A DNA stretch of 39,408 nt from Betaproteobacteria bacterium (GCA_016873905.1 VGVU01000001.1:1-39408), one strand, 5' to 3'. Positions 1-11,411 are shown, counted from the stretch's first letter. Made by a program: numbers and translations. The notes: generated from the sequence alone by a model not told the origin.

Positions 1-715
<715 letters not shown>

Positions 716-723
<8 letters not shown>

Positions 724-1447
724 ACCCGTCCGTCTATCCAAGCTCATGTCTGAACGCGGACTCTGCTCGCGCCGCGAGGCGGATGTCTATATTGAACGCG
801 GCTGGGTCTGGGTCAATGGCGTCCAGATCAACCTCCTCGGCACCAAGGTCGCGCCGGACTGCGAGATTCGACTCACGCGCGAGGCCAATCTGCAACAGGC
901 CCAACGCGTGACCGTCCTGATACACAAGCCCGTCGGCTATGTCAGCGGGCAACCCGAACCGGGCTATGAACCCGCCGTCGTTCTGGTCAAGCCAGAGCAC
1001 CGCTGGGAAGAGGATCGCAGCGGAGCCTTTTCCCCGGCCTGGCTCAAGGGTCTTGCCCCGGCCGGCCGGCTGGATATTGATTCGACCGGGCTGCTGGTCC
1101 TGACCCAGGATGGCCGTATTGCCAAGCAACTCATTGGCGAGAACTCGGAGATCGAGAAGGAATATCTGGTCCGCGTCACAGGGACGCTGGATGCCGCCGG
1201 GCTACGGCTGTTGAATCATGGCCTGTCTCTGGACGGCAAGGCCCTGCGCCCTGCGCAGGTCAGCTGGCAGAACGAAGACCAGTTGCGTTTTGTCCTGAAG
1301 GAAGGCAAGAAACGGCAGATCCGGCGCATGTGCGAATTAGTGGGACTCACGGTTGTCGGCCTAAAGCGCGTACGCATCGGGCGCATCATGCTCGGCCATC
1401 TGCCCTTGGGGAAATGGCGCCTGTTGCGCGCCGACGAAGGGTTCTAA
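716..1447 (+). CDS. RsuA/RluF-family rRNA pseudouridine synthase with N-terminal S4 domain
   Basis: S4-like N-terminus ([18 protein letters not shown]), catalytic-Asp motif [24 protein letters not shown] motif. ATG at 716 preferred over the TTG at 707 used by the ORF track. The ATG overlaps the uvrA stop (ATGTCTGA). Confidence 0.85.
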
Positions 1448-2205
1448 TGCGGCGCGACCCCGGGCGGAACAAACTCGACCCGATCACCCACTTGCAGGCC
1501 TAGCGCCACAGCCGCCGAACCCCGGTTCATGGCGATCTCGACCAGACCGTTGGCGTTGGCGTGCCAAAACACTTCGCCCTTCCCGCCCTCGCTAAAGGTT
1601 CGCCGCCAAGACAGGGGCGTTTGCCCCTTCAGTTGCAAACGATCTTGCGCCCCCCACAAGGCCGCCCGCAGCCCCGTCCAGGCATTTCCATAATGATCGA
1701 CATAGATCACGCGCGGCAAATCAGAGGGATCGAACTCGACCTGCAAGGCAGCCATAGGCGCCAGGCTGCCCTCAGCGAGCATTTCGTCCAGTTCACCCCG
1801 CGCCAGACGGGCCGCAACGGGCGCAAACAGGTCACGGCCGTGAAAGCTCTCAGACAAGCGCTCGGGCCGCCAATCAATACGGTAGATCTGACAGGCCGTT
1901 GCGCGCTGCGCCCGAACCGAGAGCAGGCCGTTATCGGGCCCGACAAACCAGACCCCATCCGCGCAAAGCGCAACCGGTTCCCGCGGGCCGCCAACACCCG
2001 GATCCACGACGGCCAGAACCACGGTGCCGGTAGGCAGCGTGAACGCATCGATCAGGTGCGCTCCAGCATGGGCATTGAAATCCGGCACGGCATGGAGGAG
2101 ATCCACAACCGGAAGCGCCGGCGCCTCACGATGCAAGACGCATTTAAGCTGCCCCACATAGGGATCCGTCCAGCCGTAATCCGTTATGAGCGCAATCATC
2201 GCCAT
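1444..2205 (-). CDS. DUF62 / SAM hydrolase (SAM hydroxide adenosyltransferase, chlorinase-fluorinase superfamily)-like protein
   Basis: N-terminus [24 protein letters not shown] and C-terminal VDHYGNAWT resemble the family motifs (LLTDFG..D.YVG..K ; D.FGN). ATG at 2205 has AAGGA 5 nt upstream, so it is preferred over the GTG at 2223. The 3' end overlaps the pseudouridine synthase gene by 4 nt (convergent). Confidence 0.75.
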   Translation of the reverse strand: MAMIALITDYGWTDPYVGQLKCVLHREAPALPVVDLLHAVPDFNAHAGAHLIDAFTLPTGTVVLAVVDPGVGGPREPVALCADGVWFVGPDNGLLSVRAQRATACQIYRIDWRPERLSESFHGRDLFAPVAARLARGELDEMLAEGSLAPMAALQVEFDPSDLPRVIYVDHYGNAWTGLRAALWGAQDRLQLKGQTPLSWRRTFSEGGKGEVFWHANANGLVEIAMNRGSAAVALGLQVGDRVEFVPPGVAPH

Positions 2206-2235
2206 ACGGATCCTTCGGCACACACATCCGAAGAC

Positions 2236-2262
2236 AAAAAAGCCGGCTGAAAGGCCGGCTTC
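2236..2262 (-). terminator. Rho-independent terminator downstream of rplQ (end of alpha block)
   Basis: Minus-strand RNA: AAGCCGGC-CUUUCA-GCCGGCUU followed by UUUUUUG. Perfect 8-bp GC-rich stem plus U-tract, 22 nt after the rplQ stop. Confidence 0.8.
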
Positions 2263-2283
2263 TTGTGCGCCATTGGCACGGTA

Positions 2284-2667
2284 TTACTCAGCCGCTGACT
2301 CGGTCGTGGCAGCGCGATCAACCAGTTCGATCAAGGCCATCGGAGCATTGTCACCGACGCGGAAACCAAACTTGAGGATACGGGTGTAGCCGCCGTTACG
2401 GGCCGCAAAACGCGGGCCCAGATCATCAAACAGCTTGCCGACCAGATCACGATCACGCAGGCGGTCGAAGGCGAGACGGCGGTTGGCCAGGCTCGGCTTC
2501 TTGCCCAGGGTGATCAGCGGCTCGACGACGCGACGCAGTTCCTTGGCCTTGGGAAGGGTGGTTTTGATGACTTCGTGCGTCAGCAGGGCAATCGACAGGT
2601 TGCGAAGCAAGGCCTGACGATGGCTGGAGGTACGATTCAGTTTACGGTTGGAGAGACGGTGACGCAT
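2284..2667 (-). CDS. rplQ: 50S ribosomal protein L17
   Basis: [24 protein letters not shown] matches the L17 N-terminus. Last gene of the alpha block. ATG lies 1 nt after the rpoA stop. Confidence 0.97.
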   Translation of the reverse strand: MRHRLSNRKLNRTSSHRQALLRNLSIALLTHEVIKTTLPKAKELRRVVEPLITLGKKPSLANRRLAFDRLRDRDLVGKLFDDLGPRFAARNGGYTRILKFGFRVGDNAPMALIELVDRAATTESAAE

Positions 2668-2668
2668 A

Positions 2669-3673
2669 TCAACCTCGATTCACAGTGGGGCGTTCCAACC
2701 CGGTGGGCGGCCAGCTCTCCAGCTTCATGCCAAGCGAGAGACCGCGAGCCGACAATACATCCCTGATTTCATTCAGGGATTTACGGCCCAGGTTGGGGGT
2801 TTTAAGAAGTTCATTTTCGGTGCGCTGAACCAGATCACCGATGTAATAAATGTTTTCGGCCTTGAGGCAGTTTGCAGAGCGAACCGTCAATTCCAGTTCA
2901 TCCACCGGACGCAGATAGACGCCCTCGACCTGGGTGCCTGCCATGGACGGCTGATGCGAAGACTCGATGGTGACGCCACGCAGCTCAGCGAACGGCACCA
3001 ATTGATTGATCAGCAGACGCGCCGACGCACGCACCGCCTCTTCAGGATCGATCACACCATTGGTCTCGATCTCAAGAATCAGCTTGTCCAGATCGGTACG
3101 CTGTTCAACGCGAGCAGCCTCAACGCTATAGCTCACACGGCGCACCGGGCTGAACAGGGCATCCATGGGGATGGTACCCACAGCGCGGGTTTCTTCGCCA
3201 TGAACACGGACCGTCGAAGGCTCGTAGCCACGGCCAGAGGCAATGGTAATCTCCATATCCAGACGGCCGCCCTGGGTGACGCGGGCAATGACATGGTCCG
3301 GATTAAGAATCTCAACCTCGGAACCTGCAATGATGTCAGCCGCGGTCACAACGCCTTCACCGTTCTTCTTGATCTGCACGGTGGTCTTGTCGCGGCCATG
3401 CAGCTTGACGGCCAGGCCCTTCAGGTTAAGGAGGATATCGACGACATCTTCCTCGACGCCATCAATCGTGGAATATTCGTGCACCACGCCCGCAATGCTG
3501 ACCTCGGTCGGTGCATGACCTTCCATGGAGGACAACAGGATGCGACGCAAAGCGTTGCCCAGGGTGTGACCGTAACCACGCTCGAAGGGCTCAAGCGTGA
3601 TGCGGGCCTGACGAGGGGAAACGCTATCGACCTCGATGATGCGCGGTTTAAGCAGTTCTCCGGTTTGGGACAT
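2669..3673 (-). CDS. rpoA: DNA-directed RNA polymerase subunit alpha
   Basis: 334 aa. LKPRIIEVD...[26 protein letters not shown] is the conserved RpoA N-terminal domain. A C-terminal domain is present. Confidence 0.98.
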   Translation of the reverse strand: MSQTGELLKPRIIEVDSVSPRQARITLEPFERGYGHTLGNALRRILLSSMEGHAPTEVSIAGVVHEYSTIDGVEEDVVDILLNLKGLAVKLHGRDKTTVQIKKNGEGVVTAADIIAGSEVEILNPDHVIARVTQGGRLDMEITIASGRGYEPSTVRVHGEETRAVGTIPMDALFSPVRRVSYSVEAARVEQRTDLDKLILEIETNGVIDPEEAVRASARLLINQLVPFAELRGVTIESSHQPSMAGTQVEGVYLRPVDELELTVRSANCLKAENIYYIGDLVQRTENELLKTPNLGRKSLNEIRDVLSARGLSLGMKLESWPPTGLERPTVNRG

Positions 3674-3712
3674 GTCTGGTTCCTTGGTAGACCGACGAAT
3701 AACGCCGGCTAA

Positions 3713-4339
3713 TTACTTCGAATACAGTTCGACAACGAGATTTTCGTTGATCGTCGGCGGCAATTCAGCACGGGCCGGCATGGCCTTGTAAGTCCCCTTG
3801 AGCGACTTGGTATCCACCTCGACCCACTCGGGGAAGCCACGACCCTGAGCCGCTTCAACCGCGCCCTTGATACGCAGTTGCGCCTTGGCGCGTTCAGCCA
3901 CTTCAACCACATCACCCGGCTTGACCTGGTAGGACGGGATGTTGACACGACGACCATTGACCAGAATGCCGTTGTGGCGAACCACTTGCCGTGCCTCGGT
4001 ACGGGAAGCACCAAAGCCCATACGATAGGTCACGCTATCCAGACGGGATTCGAGAATCTGCAGCAGGTTTTCGCCGGTCACGCCCTTGCGATCCGAAGCG
4101 GACTTGTAGGTCAGGCGGAACTGGCCCTCAAGAACGCCATAGATGCGGCGAATCTTCTGCTTTTCACGCAGGTGAACGGCATAGTCGGACAGACGCTGGT
4201 TCTTTGCGCCGTGTTGACCAGGGCGCGAATTACGGCGCTCGATGGCACACTTGTCGGTATAGCACTTCTCGCCCTTGATAAAGAGCTTCTCGCCTTCACG
4301 GCGGCACTGACGGCACTTGGGATCGGTATTACGGGCCAC
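3713..4339 (-). CDS. rpsD: 30S ribosomal protein S4 (Cys4 zinc-ribbon form)
   Basis: 208 aa. [20 protein letters not shown] and [14 protein letters not shown] motifs. The N-terminus carries C9-x2-C12...C26-x4-C31. Confidence 0.97.
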   Translation of the reverse strand: MARNTDPKCRQCRREGEKLFIKGEKCYTDKCAIERRNSRPGQHGAKNQRLSDYAVHLREKQKIRRIYGVLEGQFRLTYKSASDRKGVTGENLLQILESRLDSVTYRMGFGASRTEARQVVRHNGILVNGRRVNIPSYQVKPGDVVEVAERAKAQLRIKGAVEAAQGRGFPEWVEVDTKSLKGTYKAMPARAELPPTINENLVVELYSK

Positions 4340-4356
4340 GCTGTGGTCTCCTTGAA

Positions 4357-4752
4357 TCAGATACGACGCTTCTTGGGCGGACGGCAGCCGTTATGCGGCA
4401 TGGGCGTCACATCCGAGATGCTGATAATCTTGAAGCCCAGCAAATTGAGGGCACGAACGGAGGAGTCACGACCAGGACCCGGACCCTTGACCCGAACTTC
4501 CAGATTCTTGACGCCATATTCCTGAGCCATCTTGCCTGCGCTTTCGGCTGCGACCTGAGCTGCAAACGGGGTGCTCTTGCGAGAACCCTTAAAGCCGGCA
4601 CCACCAGAGGTTGCCCACGACAGGGCATTACCCTGACGGTCGGTAATGGTGATGATGGTGTTGTTAAAAGACGCGTGGACATGCGCAACGCCGTCAACGA
4701 CATTCTTCTTAACCTTCTTGCGCACGCGGGCGCCGGAATTTGCCTTAGCCAT
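4357..4752 (-). CDS. rpsK: 30S ribosomal protein S11
   Basis: 131 aa. [30 protein letters not shown] and C-terminal [16 protein letters not shown] are typical of S11. Confidence 0.97.
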   Translation of the reverse strand: MAKANSGARVRKKVKKNVVDGVAHVHASFNNTIITITDRQGNALSWATSGGAGFKGSRKSTPFAAQVAAESAGKMAQEYGVKNLEVRVKGPGPGRDSSVRALNLLGFKIISISDVTPMPHNGCRPPKKRRI

Positions 4753-4769
4753 GATATTTTATCCTGCCG

Positions 4770-5132
4770 TTATTTCTTGACTTGCATCTGACGACGCGGA
4801 CCCTTGCGAGTACGGGCGTTGGTGCGAGTACGCTGACCACGCAACGGAAGACCGCGACGGTGGCGCTGACCACGATAGCAGCCAAGATCCATCAAACGCT
4901 TGATGTTCATCGTGATTTCACGACGCAGATCGCCTTCGACGGTAAACTTCTGCACGCCATCGCGAAGTTTGTCGATGGCCGCGTCATCGAGGTCCTTGAT
5001 CTTGGTGGAGGGTGCAACCCCACACTGCTCGCAAATCTGGCGAGCACGCGTACGGCCAATGCCATACACGGCTGTCAAGGCAATCTCAGCATGTTTATGA
5101 TTGGGGATATTAACCCCAGCAATACGGGCCAT
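4770..5132 (-). CDS. rpsM: 30S ribosomal protein S13
   Basis: 120 aa. [14 protein letters not shown]...YGIGRTRA...[19 protein letters not shown]. Confidence 0.97.
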   Translation of the reverse strand: MARIAGVNIPNHKHAEIALTAVYGIGRTRARQICEQCGVAPSTKIKDLDDAAIDKLRDGVQKFTVEGDLRREITMNIKRLMDLGCYRGQRHRRGLPLRGQRTRTNARTRKGPRRQMQVKK

Positions 5133-5158
5133 CAGAAACTCCGCACGGAAAACGAAAC

Positions 5159-5187
5159 ATTATACAAAATTAACTCCCAGCTTTCAA
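5159..5187 (-). promoter_or_regulatory. Sigma70-type promoter for the alpha block (rpsM-rpsK-rpsD-rpoA-rplQ)
   Basis: Minus strand reads TTGAAA (5187-5182), a 17-nt spacer, then TATAAT (5164-5159). It sits in the 76-nt rpmJ-rpsM spacer, the same position as the E. coli alpha operon promoter. Confidence 0.65.
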
Positions 5188-5208
5188 CTGAAAAGTAACC
5201 CTAGGGCA

Positions 5209-5322
5209 TTAGCCCTGGCGCTGCTTGTGACGTGCCTCAGCGCAAATAACGCGCACAACACCATTGCGGCGCACGATCTTGCATTTACGACAAATCTTCT
5301 TGACCGATGCTTGAACTCGCAT
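5209..5322 (-). CDS. rpmJ: 50S ribosomal protein L36 (zinc-binding C-x2-C...C...H form)
   Basis: Not in the ORF track (<60 aa). Manual translation of the minus strand gives [41 protein letters not shown] lies 6 nt upstream of the ATG. Located between secY and rpsM as expected. Confidence 0.93.
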   Translation of the reverse strand: MRVQASVKKICRKCKIVRRNGVVRVICAEARHKQRQG

Positions 5323-5340
5323 ATTCGGCTCCTCTAAAAC

Positions 5341-6666
5341 TCAATGACCTAAAAAGTTTCCGCCCTTGAAATTCGCTTTCTTGAGCAAACTCTCGTACTG
5401 ATGGGACATCATGTAGGACTGAACCTGCGCCATGAAATCCATCGAAACCACCACCAGAATCAGCAAGCTGGTACCGCCAAAATAGAACGGAACATTCCAT
5501 TTCAGGATCAGGAATTCCGGCAGCAAACAGACCAGCGTGATATAGACCGCGCCTACGACCGTCAAGCGCGTCATGATCTTGTCGATATAACGCGAGGTTT
5601 GGTCGCCCGGGCGGATACCCGGCACAAAGGCACCACTCTTCTTCAGATTGTCTGCCGTCTCACGGGGATTGAACACCAGCGCCGTGTAGAAGAAACAGAA
5701 GAACACGATGGCCGTTGCGTAGAGCAGCACATAGAGCGGCTGCCCCGGAGACAGCGCCGCACCGACATCGCGCAACCAGGTCATGCTCTCGCCGCTACCA
5801 AACCAGCCGGCCAGGGTCGCGGGGAACAGGATGATGCTCGACGCGAAGATCGGCGGAATCACACCCGCCATGTTGATCTTGAGCGGAAGATGCGAGCTCT
5901 GGCCACCATAGACCTTGTTGCCCACCTGACGCTTGGCATAGTTGACCAGAATCTTGCGCTGGCCCCGCTCAACAAACACCACCAGGGCCACAACCAGAAT
6001 GGCGCCCACAAACAGGAGCAGTGCCAGCGGGATCGAGAAGGCGCCCGTACGGGTCAGGTCGAGGGTACCGCCGATCGCCGCAGGCAAACCGGCCGCAATA
6101 CCCGCAAAAATGATCATGGAGATACCGTTGCCCAGGCCGCGTTCAGTAATCTGCTCGCCCAGCCACATCAGGAACATGGTGCCGGAAACCAGGGTCAGCA
6201 TGGTTGTTATACGGAACATCATGCCCGGATCAATCACCAGGCCCGGCTGACCCTCAAGGGCAATGGAGATACCGATGGCCTGGAAGGTTGCCAAGACCAC
6301 GGTTCCGTAGCGGGTGTACTGGGTAATCTTGCGCCGCCCGGCCTCGCCTTCCTTCTTCAATGCCTCCATCGAAGGGGATACCACCGTCAGCAACTGCATG
6401 ATGATGGAGGCCGAGATGTAGGGCATGATGCCCAAGGCAAAGACCGTGAAGCGCTCAAGCGCACCGCCGGAGAACATGTTGAACATGCCCAAAATGCCAC
6501 CGGCCTGCGTCTTGAAGAGCTCGGCCAGAACAACGGGATCAATACCGGGAACGGGAATGTGCGCACCGATGCGATAGACGACCAGCGCCCCGATGAGGAA
6601 CCAAACACGTTGTTTGAGATCACCCATCTTGCCAGATATCTGCATGAGGCCAGCCGCACCGGACAC
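5341..6666 (-). CDS. secY: Preprotein translocase subunit SecY
   Basis: 441 aa polytopic membrane protein. [28 protein letters not shown] parallels the E. coli SecY N-terminus. Position between rplO and rpmJ. Confidence 0.97.
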   Translation of the reverse strand: MSGAAGLMQISGKMGDLKQRVWFLIGALVVYRIGAHIPVPGIDPVVLAELFKTQAGGILGMFNMFSGGALERFTVFALGIMPYISASIIMQLLTVVSPSMEALKKEGEAGRRKITQYTRYGTVVLATFQAIGISIALEGQPGLVIDPGMMFRITTMLTLVSGTMFLMWLGEQITERGLGNGISMIIFAGIAAGLPAAIGGTLDLTRTGAFSIPLALLLFVGAILVVALVVFVERGQRKILVNYAKRQVGNKVYGGQSSHLPLKINMAGVIPPIFASSIILFPATLAGWFGSGESMTWLRDVGAALSPGQPLYVLLYATAIVFFCFFYTALVFNPRETADNLKKSGAFVPGIRPGDQTSRYIDKIMTRLTVVGAVYITLVCLLPEFLILKWNVPFYFGGTSLLILVVVSMDFMAQVQSYMMSHQYESLLKKANFKGGNFLGH

Positions 6667-6686
6667 TTCGTTCTCCCGAACCTGAC

Positions 6687-7127
6687 TTAAGCCGCTTCGA
6701 CCACGGAGCCGCCAGCCGCCTCAATGGCAGCACGCGCACCAGCCGTCACACCGAGACCCACAAACTTGATCGCCTTGTCGATCGAGCCCGCGAGAATCAC
6801 CTTGGCGCTACGCGTCATTTGCGGCACCAAGCCCGCCTGCAGGAGGACCAGCAGATCGACGGTATCAACCGGGAGCTGGGCCACATCAGACAAACGAACC
6901 TCGGCCTTGAAGGCGCGATCAACAGAGACAAAGCCGCGCTTGGGAAGACGGCGTGCCATGGGCATCTGACCGCCTTCGAAACCGACCTTATGGAAACCGC
7001 CGGCGCGGGACTTCTGACCCTTGTGGCCACGGCCTGCCGTTTTGCCAAGACCCGAACCGATACCACGGCCGAGACGCTTCTTGGAGTGCTTGCTGCCTGC
7101 ACCCGGTTGGATGGAATTCAGATACAT
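6687..7127 (-). CDS. rplO: 50S ribosomal protein L15
   Basis: 146 aa. [34 protein letters not shown] is the L15 signature. Confidence 0.97.
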   Translation of the reverse strand: MYLNSIQPGAGSKHSKKRLGRGIGSGLGKTAGRGHKGQKSRAGGFHKVGFEGGQMPMARRLPKRGFVSVDRAFKAEVRLSDVAQLPVDTVDLLVLLQAGLVPQMTRSAKVILAGSIDKAIKFVGLGVTAGARAAIEAAGGSVVEAA

Positions 7128-7318
7128 CAGAGAACCTCGCTCTTCAGCAGGTAGCTAACGGTCGTGATCATGCCGCGATTAGACGGCGTGTCATCGACGA
7201 CAACAGAGTGGTTCAGGCGCTTCAGGCCCAGACCACGAACACAGGCGCGATGCGACTGGATGGTGCCAATCACACTCTTGACCTGAGTTACCTTGATTTT
7301 ACCGGTCGAATTTGCCAT
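7127..7318 (-). CDS. rpmD: 50S ribosomal protein L30
   Basis: 63 aa. [35 protein letters not shown]. Stop overlaps the rplO start by 1 nt. Confidence 0.95.
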   Translation of the reverse strand: MANSTGKIKVTQVKSVIGTIQSHRACVRGLGLKRLNHSVVVDDTPSNRGMITTVSYLLKSEVL

Positions 7319-7321
7319 CAG

Positions 7322-7840
7322 TTACTCCATGATCTCGGCGACGGACTTGCCACGCTTGGCGGCAATGTCAGACGGGGTGTTCAGCTGCTTCAGGCCATTC
7401 AGCGTTGCCCGCACCACATTGTTGGCGTTGGTGGAACCGAGGCACTTGGCGAGCACATTGGTCACACCCATCACCTCAAAGACGGCGCGCATTGCACCGC
7501 CGGCAATAATGCCCGTACCTTCGCTAGCCGGCTGAATCAGCACGACAGCCGCGCCATGACGACCGACAACGGCGTGATGGAAGGAACCATTCTTCAGCGG
7601 GATCTTGACCATATTGCGGCGGGCCTCATCCATGCCCTTTTGCACGGCCACCGGCACCTCGCGGGACTTGCCCTTGCCCATGCCAACCGAACCGTCACCA
7701 TCGCCCACCACCGTCAGGGCGGAGAAAGCCATGATCCGACCACCCTTAACCGTCTTGGAAACACGATTAACGGCAATCATCTTTTCACGCAGGCCGTCGC
7801 TGACCTCTTCTTGCTTTTGCTGTTGTTGCATCTTAGCCAT
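7322..7840 (-). CDS. rpsE: 30S ribosomal protein S5
   Basis: 172 aa. [52 protein letters not shown]. Confidence 0.97.
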   Translation of the reverse strand: MAKMQQQQKQEEVSDGLREKMIAVNRVSKTVKGGRIMAFSALTVVGDGDGSVGMGKGKSREVPVAVQKGMDEARRNMVKIPLKNGSFHHAVVGRHGAAVVLIQPASEGTGIIAGGAMRAVFEVMGVTNVLAKCLGSTNANNVVRATLNGLKQLNTPSDIAAKRGKSVAEIME

Positions 7841-7854
7841 GATCTTCCCCGCTA

Positions 7855-8208
7855 TTAGAACTGCAGACCATGCTCACGGGCTGCATCGGCAAGGGCCTTG
7901 ATGCGACCATGGTAAGCAAAACCGCTCCGGTCGAACGCTACGCGATCAATGCCGGCCGCCTTGGCCTTTTCTGCAATACGCTGGCCAATCAGGGTCGCAG
8001 CAGCGATATTGCCGCCGTTCTTGACCTGGCCACGCATCTCCTTCTCGGCCGTAGAGGCCGAAGCCAGAACGACGGCGCCACTCGGGTCAATGACCTGAGC
8101 ATAAACATGCGAATTGGTGCGGTGCACACTAAGGCGCGCCACCACGAGTTCGGCGATCTTTGCGCGGGTTTTGCGCGCTCGGCGCAAACGCCGGATCTTC
8201 TTTTCCAT
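7855..8208 (-). CDS. rplR: 50S ribosomal protein L18
   Basis: 117 aa. [17 protein letters not shown]...[28 protein letters not shown]. Confidence 0.97.
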   Translation of the reverse strand: MEKKIRRLRRARKTRAKIAELVVARLSVHRTNSHVYAQVIDPSGAVVLASASTAEKEMRGQVKNGGNIAAATLIGQRIAEKAKAAGIDRVAFDRSGFAYHGRIKALADAAREHGLQF

Positions 8209-8223
8209 GATCTTAACTCCGGG

Positions 8224-8757
8224 TTATTTCTTCTTGGTCTCTTTGATCGAGACCACTTCATCAGAATAGCGAACACCCTTGCCCTTATAGGGCTCCGGGG
8301 GACGATAAGCACGAACTTCGGCAGCGATCTGGCCAACCACCTGCTTGTCAGCCCCCTTGATCAGCACCTCGGTCTGGGAGGGCGTTTCCACCTTGATGCC
8401 GGCAGGCATGGTGTGGACAACAGGATGCGAGAAACCAAGCGAGAGATTCAACTTGTCGCCCTGAGCCTGGGCACGATAACCCACGCCAACCAGCGTCAAT
8501 TTGCGCTCAAAGCCTTTGCTTACGCCCTGCACCATATTGGCCAGCAAGGCACGAATGGTGCCCGACATGGCATGCGCAAAACGGCTCTCGTTGGCCGGAG
8601 CCACCTGAAGCTGACCATCGGCGTGAACCACCTGAATATCAGCCACCAGGGACTGAGTCAGTGCGCCCACCGGACCTTTAAGCGTAATAGCCGTCGCGGA
8701 GAGGGAAACCTCAACACCCGCGGGAACAACAACCGGATTTTTAGCAATGCGTGACAT
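8224..8757 (-). CDS. rplF: 50S ribosomal protein L6
   Basis: 177 aa. [17 protein letters not shown]...[10 protein letters not shown]...[14 protein letters not shown]. Confidence 0.97.
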   Translation of the reverse strand: MSRIAKNPVVVPAGVEVSLSATAITLKGPVGALTQSLVADIQVVHADGQLQVAPANESRFAHAMSGTIRALLANMVQGVSKGFERKLTLVGVGYRAQAQGDKLNLSLGFSHPVVHTMPAGIKVETPSQTEVLIKGADKQVVGQIAAEVRAYRPPEPYKGKGVRYSDEVVSIKETKKK

Positions 8758-8777
8758 ATTCTACCTTTGCCAAAATA

Positions 8778-9173
8778 TCAAGCGACGATACAGAGAACTT
8801 CACCGCCGACGCCCAAGCTGCGCGCCCGGCGATCGGTCATGACGCCCTTGGAAGTGGACACAATCGCAACGCCCAGACCGTTCATCACGCGCGGCAGATC
8901 ATTGCTGCCCTTGTAAACGCGCAAACCCGGGCGGCTAACGCGCTCGATCTTGCCAATAACCGGCTCACCTGCGTAATAACGCAGCGCCATCTCCATCTCA
9001 GACTTACCGTCTGCCTGACGAATTACATAACCATCGATATAACCTTCATCGCGCAACACATCGGCAATCGCGGTCTTCAGACGCGATGCGGGCATACGAA
9101 CAGTGGTCTTCTCAACCAACTGCGCGTTGCGAATGCGGGTCAGCATATCGGCGACGGGATCGCTCATGCTCAT
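8778..9173 (-). CDS. rpsH: 30S ribosomal protein S8
   Basis: 131 aa. [17 protein letters not shown]...[26 protein letters not shown]. Confidence 0.97.
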   Translation of the reverse strand: MSMSDPVADMLTRIRNAQLVEKTTVRMPASRLKTAIADVLRDEGYIDGYVIRQADGKSEMEMALRYYAGEPVIGKIERVSRPGLRVYKGSNDLPRVMNGLGVAIVSTSKGVMTDRRARSLGVGGEVLCIVA

Positions 9174-9183
9174 ACTATTCTCC

Positions 9184-9489
9184 TTACCAGCTGGCCTTGA
9201 CCACGCCCGGAATTTCTCCGTTCATGGCAAGCTCACGAATCTTGATACGGCACAGGCCAAACTTGCGGAACACGCCACGCGGACGGCCCGTAATCTGACA
9301 ACGGTTACGCAAACGGACCGCACTCGAATTTCGCGGCAGATCTTGCAATTCCATGCGCGAGGCGTAACGATCCTCATCGCTCCGGCTCATGTCATTGGCG
9401 GCAGCCAGAAGGGCCGCGCGCTTGGCAGCGAATTTCTTGACCGTTGCACGGCGCTTGGATTCGCGATTGATCATTGAGGTCTTGGCCAT
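9184..9489 (-). CDS. rpsN: 30S ribosomal protein S14 (long, non-zinc form)
   Basis: 101 aa. [13 protein letters not shown]...[51 protein letters not shown]. Confidence 0.97.
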   Translation of the reverse strand: MAKTSMINRESKRRATVKKFAAKRAALLAAANDMSRSDEDRYASRMELQDLPRNSSAVRLRNRCQITGRPRGVFRKFGLCRIKIRELAMNGEIPGVVKASW

Positions 9490-9498
9490 GATCGATCC

Positions 9499-10038
9499 TT
9501 AATTTTTGAACGGAAATTTAAAGGCCGCCAACAGGGCGCGTGCTTCAGCGTCCGTCTTGGCCGTTGTCGTAATCGTGATGTTCATGCCGCGCAGCGCATC
9601 CACCTTGTCGTACTCGATCTCGGGGAAGATGATCTGCTCACGCACACCCATGTTGAAATTGCCACGACCGTCAAAGCCCTTGCCGCCAATACCACGGAAG
9701 TCGCGAATACGCGGAATCGCAACCGTCACCAGGCGATCCAGAAATTCGAACATCTGCTCGCGGCGCAAGGTCACCTTGCAGCCAATCGGATAACCGTCAC
9801 GAATCTTGAAGCCTGCAATCGACTTGCGCGCCTTGGTCACGACAGGCTTCTGGCCCGCGATCTTGGTCATGTCACCGACAGCAAAATCCAGGATCTTCTT
9901 GTCGCCGACCGCCTCACCGACACCCATGTTGAGGGTAATCTTCTCAATACGCGGCACCTGCATGATCGACTTGTAGCCAAAGGTCGACATCATCTGGGAA
10001 ACCACGGTCTCTTTGTAGAACTCTTTAAAACGGGCCAT
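9499..10038 (-). CDS. rplE: 50S ribosomal protein L5
   Basis: Start set at the ATG giving [13 protein letters not shown]... (179 aa, same length as E. coli L5). The ORF-track extension to 10158 runs through rpl[17 protein letters not shown] motif. Confidence 0.95.
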   Translation of the reverse strand: MARFKEFYKETVVSQMMSTFGYKSIMQVPRIEKITLNMGVGEAVGDKKILDFAVGDMTKIAGQKPVVTKARKSIAGFKIRDGYPIGCKVTLRREQMFEFLDRLVTVAIPRIRDFRGIGGKGFDGRGNFNMGVREQIIFPEIEYDKVDALRGMNITITTTAKTDAEARALLAAFKFPFKN

Positions 10039-10045
10039 GTTCGCC

Positions 10046-10360
10046 TCACGCATCCACAACTTCGCCATTGGACTTGAAGAAACGCACCTTGCGGCCATCC
10101 TCCAGCGTCCGAATGCCCACGCGATCACCACGGCCAGTGCCACGGTTGAACAGCGCAATATTCGATTGATCCAGCGGCATATCCTTATCCACCAGACCGC
10201 CCTGCGTACCCTTCATCGGGTTCGGCTTGGTCGCCTTGCGAACACGATTAATGCCCTCGACAACCACCTTGCCGGACACAAAACTCAGGACCGTGCCCCG
10301 CTTGCCCTTGTCCTTACCGGTCAGAACGATGACCTCATCACCCTTGCGAATCTTGTTCAC
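10046..10360 (-). CDS. rplX: 50S ribosomal protein L24
   Basis: 104 aa. [24 protein letters not shown] (KOW motif). Confidence 0.97.
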   Translation of the reverse strand: MNKIRKGDEVIVLTGKDKGKRGTVLSFVSGKVVVEGINRVRKATKPNPMKGTQGGLVDKDMPLDQSNIALFNRGTGRGDRVGIRTLEDGRKVRFFKSNGEVVDA

Positions 10361-10371
10361 GGTTCGACTCC

Positions 10372-10740
10372 TTAAAGAACTTCGGGCGCCAGCGACACGA
10401 TCTTCATGAACTTCTCGGTACGCAATTCGCGCGTGACCGGTCCAAAGATGCGAGTGCCAATGGGCTCAAGCTTGTTATTCAGCAGCACCGCCGCATTCGC
10501 ATCGAAACGCACCAGGGCGCCATCCGGACGACGAACACCCTTGGCGGTACGAACGACGACCGCGTTATAGACATCACCGCGCTTGACACGACCCCGCGGA
10601 GCCGCATCCTTGATGGTGACTTTGATAATATCGCCGATACCGGCGTAACGACGCTTGGAGCCGCCCAACACCTTGATGCACATAACGGAGCGTGCACCGG
10701 TATTGTCAGCCACGTCGAGCATGGTCTGCATTTGGATCAT
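10372..10740 (-). CDS. rplN: 50S ribosomal protein L14
   Basis: 122 aa. [28 protein letters not shown]... is near-identical in pattern to E. coli L14. Confidence 0.98.
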   Translation of the reverse strand: MIQMQTMLDVADNTGARSVMCIKVLGGSKRRYAGIGDIIKVTIKDAAPRGRVKRGDVYNAVVVRTAKGVRRPDGALVRFDANAAVLLNNKLEPIGTRIFGPVTRELRTEKFMKIVSLAPEVL

Positions 10741-10860
10741 GATTTCCTCACTCCAACTTACCCCAGCCAGTTCTCACAGGCCAGGCAGTTTTGGATCCCA
10801 AAGGGTCTTGCGTTAAACGCTCAGAGACAACTTTTATCGCCCCTGAACCGTGAGCCGCGC

Positions 10861-10890
10861 ATTATATATGCGCAGCGACTTTATTGCCAA
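10861..10890 (-). promoter_or_regulatory. Sigma70-type promoter for the spc block (rplN...rpmJ)
   Basis: Minus strand reads TTGGCA (10890-10885), an 18-nt spacer, then TATAAT (10866-10861), inside the 186-nt rpsQ-rplN spacer. Implies a leader of roughly 110 nt. Confidence 0.5.
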
Positions 10891-10926
10891 GCTTTTTTGC
10901 AGGCCCTCTCAAGAGGGCAGCGGATA

Positions 10927-11193
10927 TCAGGCCGCGTTCGCGCCACCGACGACCGAAACCACAGTCCAGGCCTTGGTCTTGGAGAGCGGACGGCACTCCT
11001 CGATGGTCACGACATCACCCTCATGGCAACGACTGGATTCGTCGTGCGCATGGTATTTCTTGGACAGGCGAATAACCTTGCCCAGAATGGGATGCTTGAC
11101 GCGACGCTCGACCAGAACGGTAACGGTCTTTTGCATCTTGGTGCTCACAACCTTGCCAGTCAGCGAGCGGGTAACTTTGTTTTGTTCGGTCAT
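10927..11193 (-). CDS. rpsQ: 30S ribosomal protein S17
   Basis: 88 aa. [42 protein letters not shown]. Confidence 0.97.
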   Translation of the reverse strand: MTEQNKVTRSLTGKVVSTKMQKTVTVLVERRVKHPILGKVIRLSKKYHAHDESSRCHEGDVVTIEECRPLSKTKAWTVVSVVGGANAA

Positions 11194-11203
11194 GATCTAC
11201 CTT

Positions 11204-11410
11204 TTACCCAACCTGCCCAGCCTGAGCGTTTGCCTCGGTCATGAGGGTCCGCACACGGGCGATATCTCGGCGCACACGACGCAGTTCATGCGTCTTGTTG
11301 CTCTGCTGCGTGGACAACTGCATGCGCAGGCTGAATTGCGCGCGCAGAAGCTCCACCAGCTCCTTGTTCATATCCTCGGCACTCTTGCCACGAATTTCGC
11401 TAATCTTCAT
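11204..11410 (-). CDS. rpmC: 50S ribosomal protein L29
   Basis: ATG at 11410 gives [31 protein letters not shown]... (68 aa). It lies 1 nt after the rplP stop. The ORF-track TTG at 11422 would overlap rplP. Confidence 0.93.
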   Translation of the reverse strand: MKISEIRGKSAEDMNKELVELLRAQFSLRMQLSTQQSNKTHELRRVRRDIARVRTLMTEANAQAGQVG

Positions 11411-11411
11411 A

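Noticed and set aside
5196-5216. Short hairpin AGGGC-UAAU-GCCCU spanning the rpmJ stop codon, considered as the spc-block terminator.
   Set aside because: It has only 5 bp and is followed by AGGGUUACUUUUCAG, a poor and distant U-tract. That is too weak to call.
9499-10158. ORF-track N-terminal extensions for rplE (to 10158), rplJ (to 30074), rplA (to 30795), secE (to 32230), rpmC (to 11422), rpsJ (to 15982), prs (to 37480) and the DUF62 gene (to 2223).
   Set aside because: The extensions run into the upstream gene, a tRNA gene or a terminator hairpin. They often start at TTG or GTG. They add residues absent from the conserved N-termini. Internal ATG or GTG codons with good SD sequences give canonical protein lengths.
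10903-10918. Hairpin GCCCUC-UUGA-GAGGGC just after rpsQ, considered as the S10-block terminator.
   Set aside because: On the transcribed (minus) strand it is followed by CUGCAAAAAAGC, with no U-tract. The T-run lies on the wrong side. It is kept only as an observation inside the spacer finding.
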